A DNA stretch of 59,378 nucleotides, filler included, from Porpidia crustulata (Eukaryota): assembly GCA_964255105.1 (NCBI GenBank). It is 6 parts of 6 records of this genome, joined end to end, with 100 filler letters (N's around TTAATTAATTAA, not from the genome) between each part and the next. Parts side by side here need not be neighbours in the genome. Positions count along the whole stretch, not along the records: positions 1 to 9,834 come from CAXUWE010000879.1; positions 9,935 to 19,763 come from CAXUWE010000880.1; 4 more parts are not named here. One strand, 5' to 3'. The position numbers and the translations under genes were made by a program. This document shows positions 1 through 10,577 of this stretch, piece after piece. Within the stretch, counting starts at the first letter, position 1; each line of letters begins with the position of its first letter. The notes below the pieces were generated by a model. It made no database searches, was not told where the DNA came from, and saw nothing but the letters and a program-made list of their open reading frames with translations.

Positions 1-294
1 TGTATTATAGGCTTAGTCTAGTCAATTGATATAGTTCACTACGACTCCTCACATCCTAAAAGAGTTCATAAAACTGAGCGAACTCGTAGTTGCGATGTGT
101 TACGATCAGACCTTCCCCAACATCCCCAGCAGCACACCGGATCAAAGTGGTGCCGAGCCTAATGAGGCCTAGCGTCGCTCTAGCATTGCCAATTTCCCAT
201 CACCCCAAATACCGCTCTGCATCCGGATTTCCTTTCTTCCTTAGCATTTATTTCTTCGTTGATTTACCCCCATAGCTAGGTAGTTAGGAGGCCC

Positions 295-576
295 CTAACA
301 CTCTTTTAAAGCGGTCGTGCTCTCTTTTTCGATCGAAAACGATAATCATTACTTTTAAGTTCGTATACATATATATATATACACACACCTCGAACTTAGA
401 ATTGAGAATCATCGTTTTAGTTCAAGAAAAGAAGAGCCGCTTCAAAGGAAGCAGTAAGAAAGCAAGGGGAGAGCATCGAGGGAGCAGGGGGAAGCAAAGA
501 GGGATCTATGGGGCGGGTGTGAGGCGCGCAGCAGATGGGAGCCTGAATTGGCCGCGTTGAGCCGGCTTCAGTTGCC
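295..576. mobile_element. Degenerate foldback/MITE-like element (copy A) centred on a (TA)n tract, with 11-bp periodic subterminal repeats
   Basis: Inverted arms around 364-390: TAAGTTCG/CGAACTTA, AAAACGAT/ATCGTTTT, AAGCGG/CCGCTT. Followed by ~11-bp units (aaggaagcagt, aagaaagcaag, gggagagcatc, gagggagcagg) and CCGGCTTCAGTTGCC (562-576), which recurs exactly at 13344-13358. Confidence 0.55.
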
Positions 577-1733
577 CTTCATTTCTTCTGTACCAGTATT
601 TAATAATAGCTACTCACCATCTGTCCAAAAGCTTGTGACGTGCCAGCTCATACACCGCGACTCGTGGAATGAAGCAGTATTTGGCTATAGCAGAGCGATA
701 CATAGCCATATTCCACCTAAACATTTCTAGCTATATTACTGAATACTGAAAGGGGCCGCAAAAACGTACATCAAGGCTGATTGGGCAGTCAACTCACCTC
801 CATAGTACTCTCTACTATTTGAACGATTTCGCCCATGAGGTCGAACTCCTTAGCGGTTGATGTATTTCTTTTCTTTTCTTTTCTTTTATTGACCTTGTGA
901 CGTCCTGGTACTGGACGGTGCGGTGCCTTGAGCTAGAACTATGAAATATGGGCATTGCAGTGTTCTAACCCAATACTTAGGGCAGGAAGCACAGGTCCGC
1001 CTCCAATGCTCGCGCTGTTAGTACTACACCACGAGATGTCGAGCCTGCGGATCGGCTCAATCAAATATTCCAGCTTCTTTTCTATAATTATCACGTCCAC
1101 AGCCATACCACAATGCAGCGTGATAACGCCCTTGTCAATCCCAGTATTAGTGTGGTGATTCTATCAAGAGACCATGACAGCTGAGCCCCCCAACCGTTGA
1201 AGACATGCCTGAAGAGATTGCTCCTGAGTCAGCGTTCGAATATAGCATCCGTCAAATCCGCCGATATGCTCGCCGAGAGCACACTGTGGAGAATCATGCG
1301 AAATATCGTCTCCTACGCGCAGACGAGACCCATACCGACGGCGAGATATTATAGGGCGAACGCTGGAGTTACGATATCAGCTATGTCGGGAGCCCCAATG
1401 CAGCTAAAGACGTGAAGCTATACACGGTTCATGGAACATTCAATAATGTCTCGAATAACGGGGTACTAACAATTGGTAGCCGTGCTGTGATAGTGGCAAG
1501 AACGATTGGATGCTGCCTGATCAATCGTGCCAGGCAAAGATGTGGATCGATTATATGATGAACCTAAAAAGGAGCGTGAGCTTATGGCGCGAGAAATCAA
1601 CGACTTGCTCTACCAGTGGGAAACTATCCAGTCAGACGGGCATCCTGTGTGCCGGAGGACTGCTCGCAGCCAGGAGTTTCTAAATCTATTTCATAATCAT
1701 ATTCGCTTATATTCATACGAGTACTCACACCAT

Positions 1734-3992
1734 CTACCCTTTGAATATGAATTCTCTATCAGAAGCCGACTCCGCTACTTCGTTTATCGTCTTCTCCTTC
1801 ACCTCTTGCTCTACCTTTCTTTGTCTTCTAGAGATACTGTCTGGACAATTTAGCTCCTCTTCTACAGTTTCAAGACCAGCTTTCTTATTGGTCATGTCTT
1901 CTAAGATCATCTCTTCGACTTTTAGCTCTTCTTGATAATTCAATTGCACGGGATCTGTCTTCTCGGCGCTTTTGATTTTCATACGTATCTCTTCGACAGC
2001 TTGAAGATGTTGAGATATATCTTCGGCCAATTTGCTTAGTCGAACATTTGGTGACGGTGTTGTGGCGACGACTGTCAAGATTGAGGTGCATAGGCGTCTG
2101 ATTCTCTGAAACCCCCACTGCGCTATCAGGCCATGAGGATGCATGATGGGGAGGAAGACAGTGTAGGTGGCTACCCATGAAACAATGCTGCGCATATCAA
2201 GAGCAGTGTATCTTGGAAAGTGACCATTCAGCTTATCAGCGACAGTCGCCACGGCGTCTCCGAGAAGGAGTTTGTAGAGATTCGCCTTCGCTACTAAATT
2301 CAAGTTGGTTGTGCTTTCGATAATCGCATATTTATGCTCGTAACTTTCAATTTGGTTGAGATCCACATGTGCATCGTATAGCGGATCAAGCACCTCTTGG
2401 AATTTATCCAGAAGCTCCTTTGTCATTTTCGTCTTGCAGTACAATTTGACTTGATCTTTCATCATGGCAAGCTCTGCAAACGACAGCTTATCCAATGAAG
2501 ATCCCCATGGTCCATGCCAGTCGCGGAAGAAGAGCAAATTGTCGGCCGTAATCGGCTCTCCATTGACTGTAAATCCTGGCGTACGATCTGCGTCAGGAAG
2601 TATGTTGATAAAATCGCTCTTACCCATGAGCCGTTTGAAGCGGTCTTCGTTGCTCTCGAAGGTATCGATGAATCCCTTGACTGAGATATCGGGGATAATT
2701 ACGTTGTTTTCAACTACCTTTCTCATCTCGATGGCACGCTCTGAGAAGAAATCAAGGCCTTGGTAAACCCTTCTTCGCCGTAATATTGCAGGGGCTTCTT
2801 TTGCGAGCCAATCTTCCAGATGAATACCGGCGTCCTGAGCCTTTTGAAGATGCCCCACGGTCTGCCAAATTGTACGCATCAAGTCTCTTTCCATCTCGGT
2901 GTTCATGAAGGACGTGGCAAGAAATACCGGGCTACTGCCCATGAAAGGATTGCAAAATATGGCTTCACTGGGATTTGCGGGTTTCCACTCGAACATCCAG
3001 AGATTGATGCCTTCCGGAACGTGCGAGTCGGTTGGAGCAACAAAGACAGTCTGGACGAAACGGCCGTCGACCTGTTGGGTGACTACGTCCCAGATTTTGA
3101 GCAAAGACGAAAATCCGAATATGGCGCCGCAATTCTTTAGCTCACCCGCATTCTCGAAATGATCCTTTGAAGCTTTCGTGATGCGATCAGCATTCTCTTT
3201 GATGAATGTGAGCTTGTCGTTTTCTGAATCCATTCTCGTCATTCATTCGAAAGAGATCAGCAGAGTGTCTTGAGAGAAACTCTCGAGAGTTAATCGAGCG
3301 ATATATTCTTTCTGTATGATCCCTTGATTGACGGTCAACCTGATCATCCTTGCCGCTGACATTGAGAAGTGACCACTTCAAGAAACATAAGAGTGGGCTA
3401 GGACTGCATTCTTGTCTTGCAGTTGCTTCTCGCTCTTCCATATGACCCTTCATATCGCCGTCAAGGCAGCCAGATTGAGTTTGTCTCTTGGATCTTGACA
3501 TATTCGATCCGCGAAGCCTTTGAGACTCGAATCAATCGTCCGATAGATTGCCTCTAGATTATCGGCGACAGGGTAGACTTTGAGCTTTAAGCATCTTCGG
3601 AAGTAGCTATCAGCCGTTGTGTCTTTCAATAGCCGATCTTGTGGAAGTCTGAAACTAATGTGAAGATGATTGAATTTTGCGGCACACATCTTGACAATGA
3701 TACAAGGCAGTTCTTGCAATGTTTGACAATCAGATCGATGGTGCAAGGTGGCCTTCGTAGACAACATGGCGATAGATATGCATGCTGCACGACCGAACCC
3801 CGCATGCTTCCGCGCTCAATCTTCAGCACTATGTACAGTCTTGCCGAATCTTTGATTACCCCCAGGATACCATGGACTGCTCTTATTGAATACTTCGTAA
3901 GCATCTTTTGATGAAACGTGTTCGCAATGGGGTTGCCAAGGGACATAACCAACCTCGCGAAGTTTAATTCATTTATCTATTAAGCATGGTAG
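1734..3992 (-). pseudogene. Orphan intronless reading frame of ~750 codons; the 3' 502 codons (1734-3242) are open, the 5' 250 codons carry five TGA stops
   Basis: ORFs 1734-3242 and 3450-3767 share a frame. Manual translation of 3243-3992 in that frame gives stops only at 3243, 3378, 3450, 3816 and 3969, all TGA. The C-terminus is E/K-rich and coiled-coil-like. No family recognised. Confidence 0.6.
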
Positions 3993-4239
3993 AATCGTAC
4001 GCCTTTTTCATGGCGGTCTTGGTATTCCACCAAGACCATCGATTTTCTACTACGTATCCTAATTATATAAAATAATTACTTAAAATCAAAGATAATTAAC
4101 GCCAATTTAAGTAGATAAGTATAATAGATAAAGAGATTTCAATATTCTTTCAATATAGATACCACTACTCTATAGTAGAACGGATTTCTCGCTAACTAGT
4201 CTCTAGATATCAAGACCGTCATGGAAAAAGTATACGATT
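3993..4239. mobile_element. MITE, 247 bp, 34-bp terminal inverted repeats, AT-rich interior
   Basis: 3993-4026 vs the reverse complement of 4206-4239 match at 27/34, and all 7 mismatches are transitions. Internal hairpin GGTCTTGG-n7-CCAAGACC. Confidence 0.75.
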
Positions 4240-4488
4240 GAAGCACAATCATCAGGCCTTCAAACACCTCAAGCACGACTTAAGCATAGAACATGTTGAG
4301 TCATGACTTCTTCGCTGCCCTCACCACTGCAGGCGAAGCATTTCTTCAACATTCTAAAGATAACACCTTGCTGAATCAAGGCCAAGCTAACTCTGGTCTC
4401 TCCAATGTCTCAATTGTGTGAGCAAGATTAGAGGTGTAAACGCGTCATGGCCGCTTTTGTCGTTGAATCATCCTCCATCTGGCCACCG

Positions 4489-6322
4489 CTACACGCTATT
4501 TTGAATTTCTTCCTGTGAGAAATTCAACGTCTTCCACCTCGAGCTGAAGTCGTCCATATTGGCTATCGAAAGTCAGCATAACTCGATTCATACGCGACAA
4601 AAAAAAACACACTGTAGCCGCCACACATCTCTCGTTTACCACTGAACGCGGACCTTCCATGAAGTACCCTCCAATTGTCGAAGACTAGGAGCCCTATAAG
4701 CATTGCAATTCGTTCCAACAAAGCTGAGCCTTTTCAGAGGAGAGAATGGGACTTACTTAACGGCCTCCCCGGCCTCAGCTGCTCCCAATACTCCGAATCA
4801 GGTCTCCGCAAGATCTCGACCCATTTCCTCGCCGCCGCGTACCATCTTGCAACCTCATCCGGATCTCGCGCAAGCATCGCCGCTCGATCGTCATTGTTCC
4901 ACCGCACCTTTCTCAACACTGCTCCTCCAGACTCCGCCTCTAGCACGGGGTACGCGGCCTCGGTCAGGAACTTGGCGTTTGAGTTTCCGCTCGCGTGCCC
5001 GCGTATCTTGACGCGACACAGGGTAGCGTATGCTTCTGGTGACTCGAGACGGAGCGTTGCGGCTGCTTTGAGGCCGTCGACCAGGAGGGAGGATCCACCC
5101 GAGCCGTCTGTATGCGAGAGGAGGTGGAAGGTTTGAAGGCCCACGGGGTCGGAGAAGTATGTCGTATCGGTGTGGGCACCCAGTGCTAGAGAGGTGTAGG
5201 CGCTATCTTTGGATGACAGGTCTGCTGTGAATTGCCAGAAGCCTCCTGTGAGCGCAATTTATCAGTGTCTTTTGGCCCGCGGGTCTTCTAGCAGATATGT
5301 CAAGTCGCGGCACGTACCGTAGTGCGTTTGACGAATGAATGCTATGCGTTCGATGAGTTCTTGGGTGGCTTTTCCGGTCACAGGGCATCCGTCGATGAAG
5401 CAGAAGCCCCATTTCCGCTGTGCGTGTCGCGTGAGTAATCTAGACTGGTAATTCTTGTGTTGCGGCTTACGATCAGAGACGTCCACTGCTTGACTCCATC
5501 GTCAGAACTCATGATAGCTGCGTGGCCGATGGTGGGAGGCTTTGCAGCTATTCGCGCATCCCATAGAGACAGCCTAGGGCCATAAGTCCTATTCTAGTAG
5601 GCTTCGAAAGGGTACCGGACTAACTTACTCGGTCGTGAAGCGCGGGGTTTCGTTACGAGCTTCCAGCCAATCCCAGGTAAAAGAGCTTCTGTGGCCGTCA
5701 TTCGCCCCTTCCTAGTCAGTCAAGCCTTGCAGGATCTCAAAGGTGCTCACATATTATGGAGATACCATCTCCTGCTTGGCTAATCCCTCTTGCTTCAATG
5801 CTCTCAGGAATCTTATCATAGTGTTAGTGGCAAGGCTTTAGATCATCCCACGCTCGACAATGGGCAATTGAAATGTCTGTGCGATGAAAGAAAAGCCGGC
5901 CATACCGAGAATGTATCTACTAAACGCTGCTGAGTGTCTGGGTGACGACATTCTGGGCACGTGCAATGATCCCTTTCATCAGCGTCACTTGTGTTGCCGT
6001 TCATTTCTTGATGGGTGATACCTCAGATAGAAGTAGCTCCTACTCAAACGAAACAAGTAGTCAGAGGGGTGCTTGATCAATGACTGGGAGTGAGCGAGGG
6101 TCCTAACAATTCCAATTTTTCTCCGTCGAGCAATGGAAGCACGACTGAATTAATGTCGTGGTCGTCGAGGAGACGACGATGCGACGTCGCTGTGGCGTAC
6201 CTACGCGTGGGTGATGGGAATGGACATTGGCCTAGAACGTAGCATCTGAATTTCGAGATGTCGCAATTCTGGTAGGGTATGTCAGCGTTGAGACTGTGGG
6301 GGACGAGAATGGTGTTCCTCAT
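4489..6322 (-). CDS. TMLHE: Trimethyllysine dioxygenase (TauD/BBOX-type Fe(II)/2OG dioxygenase, carnitine biosynthesis), multi-exon
   Basis: Exons encode LRDHCTCPECRHPDTQQRLVDTF (N-terminal Zn site), WGFCFIDGCP...IAFIRQTHYGGFW, AYTSLALGAHTDTTYFSDPVGLQ (HxD), VRWNNDDR and FDNWRVLHGRSAF..REMCGGY, with stop TAG at 4489-4491. The start is uncertain; RRYATATS looks like a mitochondrial presequence. Confidence 0.92.
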
Positions 6323-6621
6323 ACCTCTCCTCTTGGGATGCCAAGTCTCTCAGTCACATACGACCGGGACCAAGTACTTCGAAGTCGCGGTACAGACAGT
6401 CTCGCGAGGCTCGGAGCAGATTGCTTCAATATCATATTTGCTAACATCTGTGCCCGCGGTAGAAAATGATGCCCCAGGCTTTGCGAGTGAGACTCTCAAT
6501 GATGTGAAGACGGAAGAATTGTCTCAGTTCTCAGACGTATCTCGTTAAGTCTCTTCGAATTAGCTAACGTCGATATAACTGATTACGCAGCGTATCAACG
6601 ATACGTCTGAGAACTGAGGCA

Positions 6622-8108
6622 ACCAGAGGGTGGTGAAACCCCTTGCCAGTCTTGGCACGGAGAACAACTATCAAAATATCACGAATTTACTATCTACTAT
6701 TACCATTTCGCCGATTTTATACCTTTACCACCAGTTTTACTAGTAAACTACATCTTTTTAATATCTCGCTAATATGCCGTCGTACTTGTTCTAGAGAAAT
6801 CCCCGCCCAAACCGCGTTGCAAGTACATTTTCAAACTGTGCAATTGTATACCACACTTCCTTCCTTAATCGTTGAAAAAGGATATTCCAACAAGCTTCTA
6901 AAACGTTCAGATCTGGTGATTGAGCAGGGTGTACTAGTGTTTCGATCTATTCCTGGTCTTTAAGCTGTTGAGTAACATTCTTGATATCTTTCTTAGTCTT
7001 AGCTCTATTAGAGCGAGTACCGTGGCTTGGATCGCTATCTCCTTAGAGGATTACTCGGCCGTAGTAATAAATACCCTCGTAGCAAGAACGTAAATAAATA
7101 GAAAGAATCTTATTAGTATAATAGGCCTGCGTTATACTGTTTCCTTTCGGCTTGATATCGACGCTGTGTGGCTGCTCCGCTTCCTATCCAGCGACTCTAT
7201 AGTTGAATTATTCCTGTGATTCGTATATTGTAGACTTTATAGGCTTTCGTCTCTTCGGGGCTTTAATTCCTACCTCTGGTGGATCGTATTCATTGTTATA
7301 GAAAATCAAGTCGCCTTTATTATGTCAGGAGATCTCCGCAGCCACGTGTAGTTTTATACCCTGGAAGTCTGGCATTTCCTGCAGATTCTCCGGCTCTTCA
7401 GCAGTTCCTTCCCATCTTAATACGCGTTCACGGGCCATAGCATCGGGGTCCACGTGCGCCTCATCGGAGAAATAGACGAATTGCCAGAAATTCTCAATAG
7501 TATAATGCTCGTGTCTCTGGCCATAGTTTATCCTTTCAGCCTTATTCTTTTGACTAATAAGCTTGACTTTCCGCTTTTTGAATAACTTGGCCTTTCGCCG
7601 TGTAACGAGATTCTTTTCTAGTGTTCTAGGGTGTATATGTAGCCTAAATCACTTAATTTGAGCCTCGTAGTACTGGCCACGAACGGGGTTCCTAGTAGGG
7701 CTAACGAGAATATCGAGTATTTAATTATCGATCTTTCTAGGAGCTCTAATTCTTCGTCGATCGGCCGAACGACTAGGTGTAGGTGTTCCAAGCTTTTTTC
7801 TTTGGGAGTTCCAAAAGCGTGCAGTACATTCTTTAACATTTCAATCGAAGTAGACTTGTTTTAGGGGCTTTCGGAGTGGTGTAGGTAGGGACGCGTTCTC
7901 GTCAATCGCGGCGAAGAATCGAGTCTTGCGAAGGGTATTTACTTGGTGATTATTAAGATCTTGATGATTTCTATCGGGGCTAGGAGTTATAGGAGGTGTC
8001 GAGCTCATACTATTAATTAGTGTTGAGTTGAAGAAAGAAGATGATAAAAATCTTAAGTCGAATTCTAGGTAGGGCTGAAAGCGGCAAGGGGTTTCACCAC
8101 CCCCTGGT
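6622..8108 (-). mobile_element. Inactive Tc1/mariner (DDE) DNA transposon, 1487 bp, with 26-bp TIRs
   Basis: TIRs 6622-6647 and 8083-8108 match at 25/26 (ACCAG(A/G)GGGTGGTGAAACCCCTTGCC). The minus strand encodes FWQFVYFSDEAH, L*GDSDPSH and PAQSPDLNVLEACWN with many stops and frameshifts. No intact TA duplication is visible. Confidence 0.9.
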
Positions 8109-8369
8109 GTCAGTATAAATCCAAGCAACGGCGTAAGTGCTCGATGTTGAAGGCTTTTGTTTTGCCGGAGCAGTCAATGATTCATTCATATATCTACGTC
8201 TTATGACACAAAGATATTTGGTTACTACGTCAAGAAATGGGATAAACGACACTTTGGTCACCAATAGAAGTTGTTGTTGCATCGAGTCCTAGTCCAACAT
8301 GCATGCCCCTCCTTACAAGTCCAATCGATCCCTCGAAGAAACCAACGACAGTACTCGTACATGATTGAA

Positions 8370-8912
8370 TCAACGCGTTGCCTCTTCCCGAGCCGCCAAC
8401 ATCTCTTCAATATGCTCATTCAGCCAGTAATGACTCAAGACAGCCTTGTCCGATGTCTCAGCCCCTTGAATTCTCCCCAGGTATATCCTCCTGGGGGCAT
8501 CACACTGACATTTAAACGGCTGCGCCATCCTCCACTCGGTGCTCGGATAGAAGAAAGATAACTCGTCACCCTCGCGCAGAGCGCGCTCCTTGACGACGCG
8601 AACCTCGAATCTGGCCATGTCGAACTCGAGAGAAGGCGCGCAGCTGTGATTGATGAATAGCATATCGGAGTTCAGCTCCACGTGGGCGTCACGACCTACT
8701 TGCACGGAGGTGTAGGTTGGGCCGGGGGCGTATGTCGCGGTGGTGATTCGCGCGAAGAGGGCGCCAGCAGGGAGGGAGATTTTGGAGGTGGCGGAGGGGC
8801 TGAAGGGGACCGAGCTTTTGTTTATTTGAAGGAGGGTGGGAGTTTCGGGTGCGACCCAGGGAGGGACGTTGAAGGCTGGCGCTTGTTGACTGCGAGTCGT
8901 TGCAGCTGTCAT
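8370..8912 (-). CDS. Small stand-alone SET-domain (putative lysine methyltransferase) protein, 180 aa
   Basis: FINHSCAPS (NHSC motif), LREGDELSFFY (ELxFxY motif), post-SET-like FKCQC; single open exon. Confidence 0.85.
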   Translation of the reverse strand: MTAATTRSQQAPAFNVPPWVAPETPTLLQINKSSVPFSPSATSKISLPAGALFARITTATYAPGPTYTSVQVGRDAHVELNSDMLFINHSCAPSLEFDMARFEVRVVKERALREGDELSFFYPSTEWRMAQPFKCQCDAPRRIYLGRIQGAETSDKAVLSHYWLNEHIEEMLAAREEATR

Positions 8913-9718
8913 ATTGGTTGTGCAATTGGAAGATTGATTCTTGAAAGACCTTGGATGGGTTTGACCTTGGTCTTATTGCGGCGTAATAGGTGGCTCTGTG
9001 CACGCGAAAGCAGCCTGAACTGACCACGAAGTCTGGGCAGGACCCCTAATCTGCCTCCACACCGTTGGCATGATTCTGATCAGGGGTGTAAAAACCCTAT
9101 GCATCAAGATATACAAGACCAATGGGTCATCGACCTGATACCTCGGCTCTGTGCCGCACTGCCGTCCAGTCTCTCTCTCAAATCGCCAATGGCACAGTCC
9201 TGATCAGATGTATGAAGAAAGCCATGCATCCAAATATGCAAAACAAATGCAGTCTCAGCACGATCCTTGGTATGTGTTAGCATTTCCTTGGGGCGTGGGA
9301 CAAAGATCAAGGATTGTTGATTCGCAACGGTGAGAATGTCGAGCACGTAATTCACTTGGCCTGCGTCTTGCTCGTATCAGCTTGCAATCTTCATCAACGA
9401 GCTGGCATATGTAGCTTTGATGAAGAATGAGCATACGACGCACGGAGATAATTCCCGCTGTGATCATGTACGGTTCCGCTGCCCACCATCATGACTGCTT
9501 CGAGTAATGATGTTCGTCCGCATAGTCCCCGTGCATGAAACCTTCTCGAGATCTCGCTTCTCCGTCAACCTCAGCCCACACCCAGTCGAGATGTACAGAC
9601 GGAGAAGGGGGCGCCAGAACACCCGCTCACGTGCATGTGCCATTGGTCCTTTCTTCCCGTTGGCTGTGGGGACTGACGTTCTCATTCTGGAACTGGGGTG
9701 GACCGCTACAAGGATTCA

Positions 9719-9834
9719 AACCTCCAACCGTCGAGCATTAAAGGGCTGAGTACTGGGTTTCATAAAATTATGTTTAGCCTTATACATTTATGAACTTCGG
9801 TACTCAGCCCTATGAGCCTGGACGGTTGGGGGGT
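9719..9834. repeat. 116-bp imperfect palindrome (tiny MITE-like hairpin) at the contig end
   Basis: 9719-9766 vs the reverse complement of 9787-9834 match at 37/48 ungapped, including CCAACCGTC, AGGGCTGAGTAC and TTCATAAA. Confidence 0.7.
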
Positions 9835-9934
9835 NNNNNNNNNNNNNNNNNNNNNNNNNNNNNNNNNNNNNNNNNNNNTTAATTAATTAANNNNNNNNNN
9901 NNNNNNNNNNNNNNNNNNNNNNNNNNNNNNNNNN
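9835..9934. other. Artificial contig linker (N44-TTAATTAATTAA-N44)
   Basis: Exactly 100 bp with an all-frame stop linker; the same structure occurs five times. Confidence 0.99.
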
Positions 9935-10229
9935 GATAGGTGTGATAGGAAGAGGAGGCGATGAGGAGTGATGAAGAAGGGGGCGTGGTAGGTCGCAGGG
10001 ATGGAGAAAAAAGAGACGTCCGCGGCTTTGAGATCATGAAAGAACAATTTTCATTTTCTACTAGATCGACAGAAGGTCTTTGAATGACCCTTCAATTTCA
10101 AAAGGGGTGTTTTTTTAATCGAATCAGAACAGGCTGTGACTACTCGGTGAAGAAGCGAGCGATATGGCGAGGAAGAGGTTTATGACCTTAACACTAAGCC
10201 TCATTTGGGTACCACCAAACCCCAGTTGG

Positions 10230-10483
10230 GGGGGTGTACGGGTAAGTAAAAGGGAGTGTACGAGCAAGCAACAGGGGGTGTACGAGTAAGCAAAATGGGG
10301 TGTACGGTTAGTGAACCCCCTGGGTTATAACCCCAAAGCTAAACCCTATATTAGGGGGGGTGTACGGGTAAGTAAAATGGATAGGGAGGTGGATGGGTAA
10401 GCAAAAGGGGGTGTACGGTTAGTGGGTCCCTATATAAAAGCGTTAAGCATCCAGAAATCCATTGAAGGCTTTTCAATTGCCGT
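10230..10483. repeat. 22-bp (2x11-bp) minisatellite in two blocks, followed by a variant of the foldback-family terminal motif
   Basis: Units GGGGGTGTACG(G/A)GTAAG(T/C)AAAA at 10230, 10252, 10274, 10296, 10356, ~10384 and 10407. GGCTTTTCAATTGCCGT at 10467-10483 resembles GGCTTCAGTTGCCGT at 13346-13360. Confidence 0.7.
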
Positions 10484-10499
10484 GTCCCTCCTTTGTGCC

Positions 10500-10577
10500 C
10501 ACTTGTGTAGTCCCTCAAGCTCCCTCTAAAGCGGTCCTGCTTTCTTTTTTTGCGCTGAAATAGCAACCTCGGATACA
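10500..10577. repeat. Left-arm copy of the foldback family
   Basis: 10527-10549 TAAAGCGGTCCTGCTTTCTTTTT matches 307-329 at 21/23. The segment is also an inverted match to ~13165-13232. Confidence 0.55.

Noticed and set aside
950..1700. Coding-like fragments (e.g. KDVDRLYDEPKKERELMAREINDLLYQW)
   Set aside because: Too short and unconnected to call a gene.
3243..3992. Genetic code 4 (TGA=Trp) insert such as a NUMT or mitovirus
   Set aside because: Composition is not AT-rich, there are no RdRp or mitochondrial motifs, and the 502-codon part uses no TGA.
9879..9890. TTAATTAATTAA recurring every ~9.9 kb as a periodic biological motif
   Set aside because: Always embedded in N runs of fixed length; an assembly linker.
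10230..10429. CRISPR-like array
   Set aside because: Units are contiguous with no unique spacers, there are no cas genes, and the context is eukaryotic.
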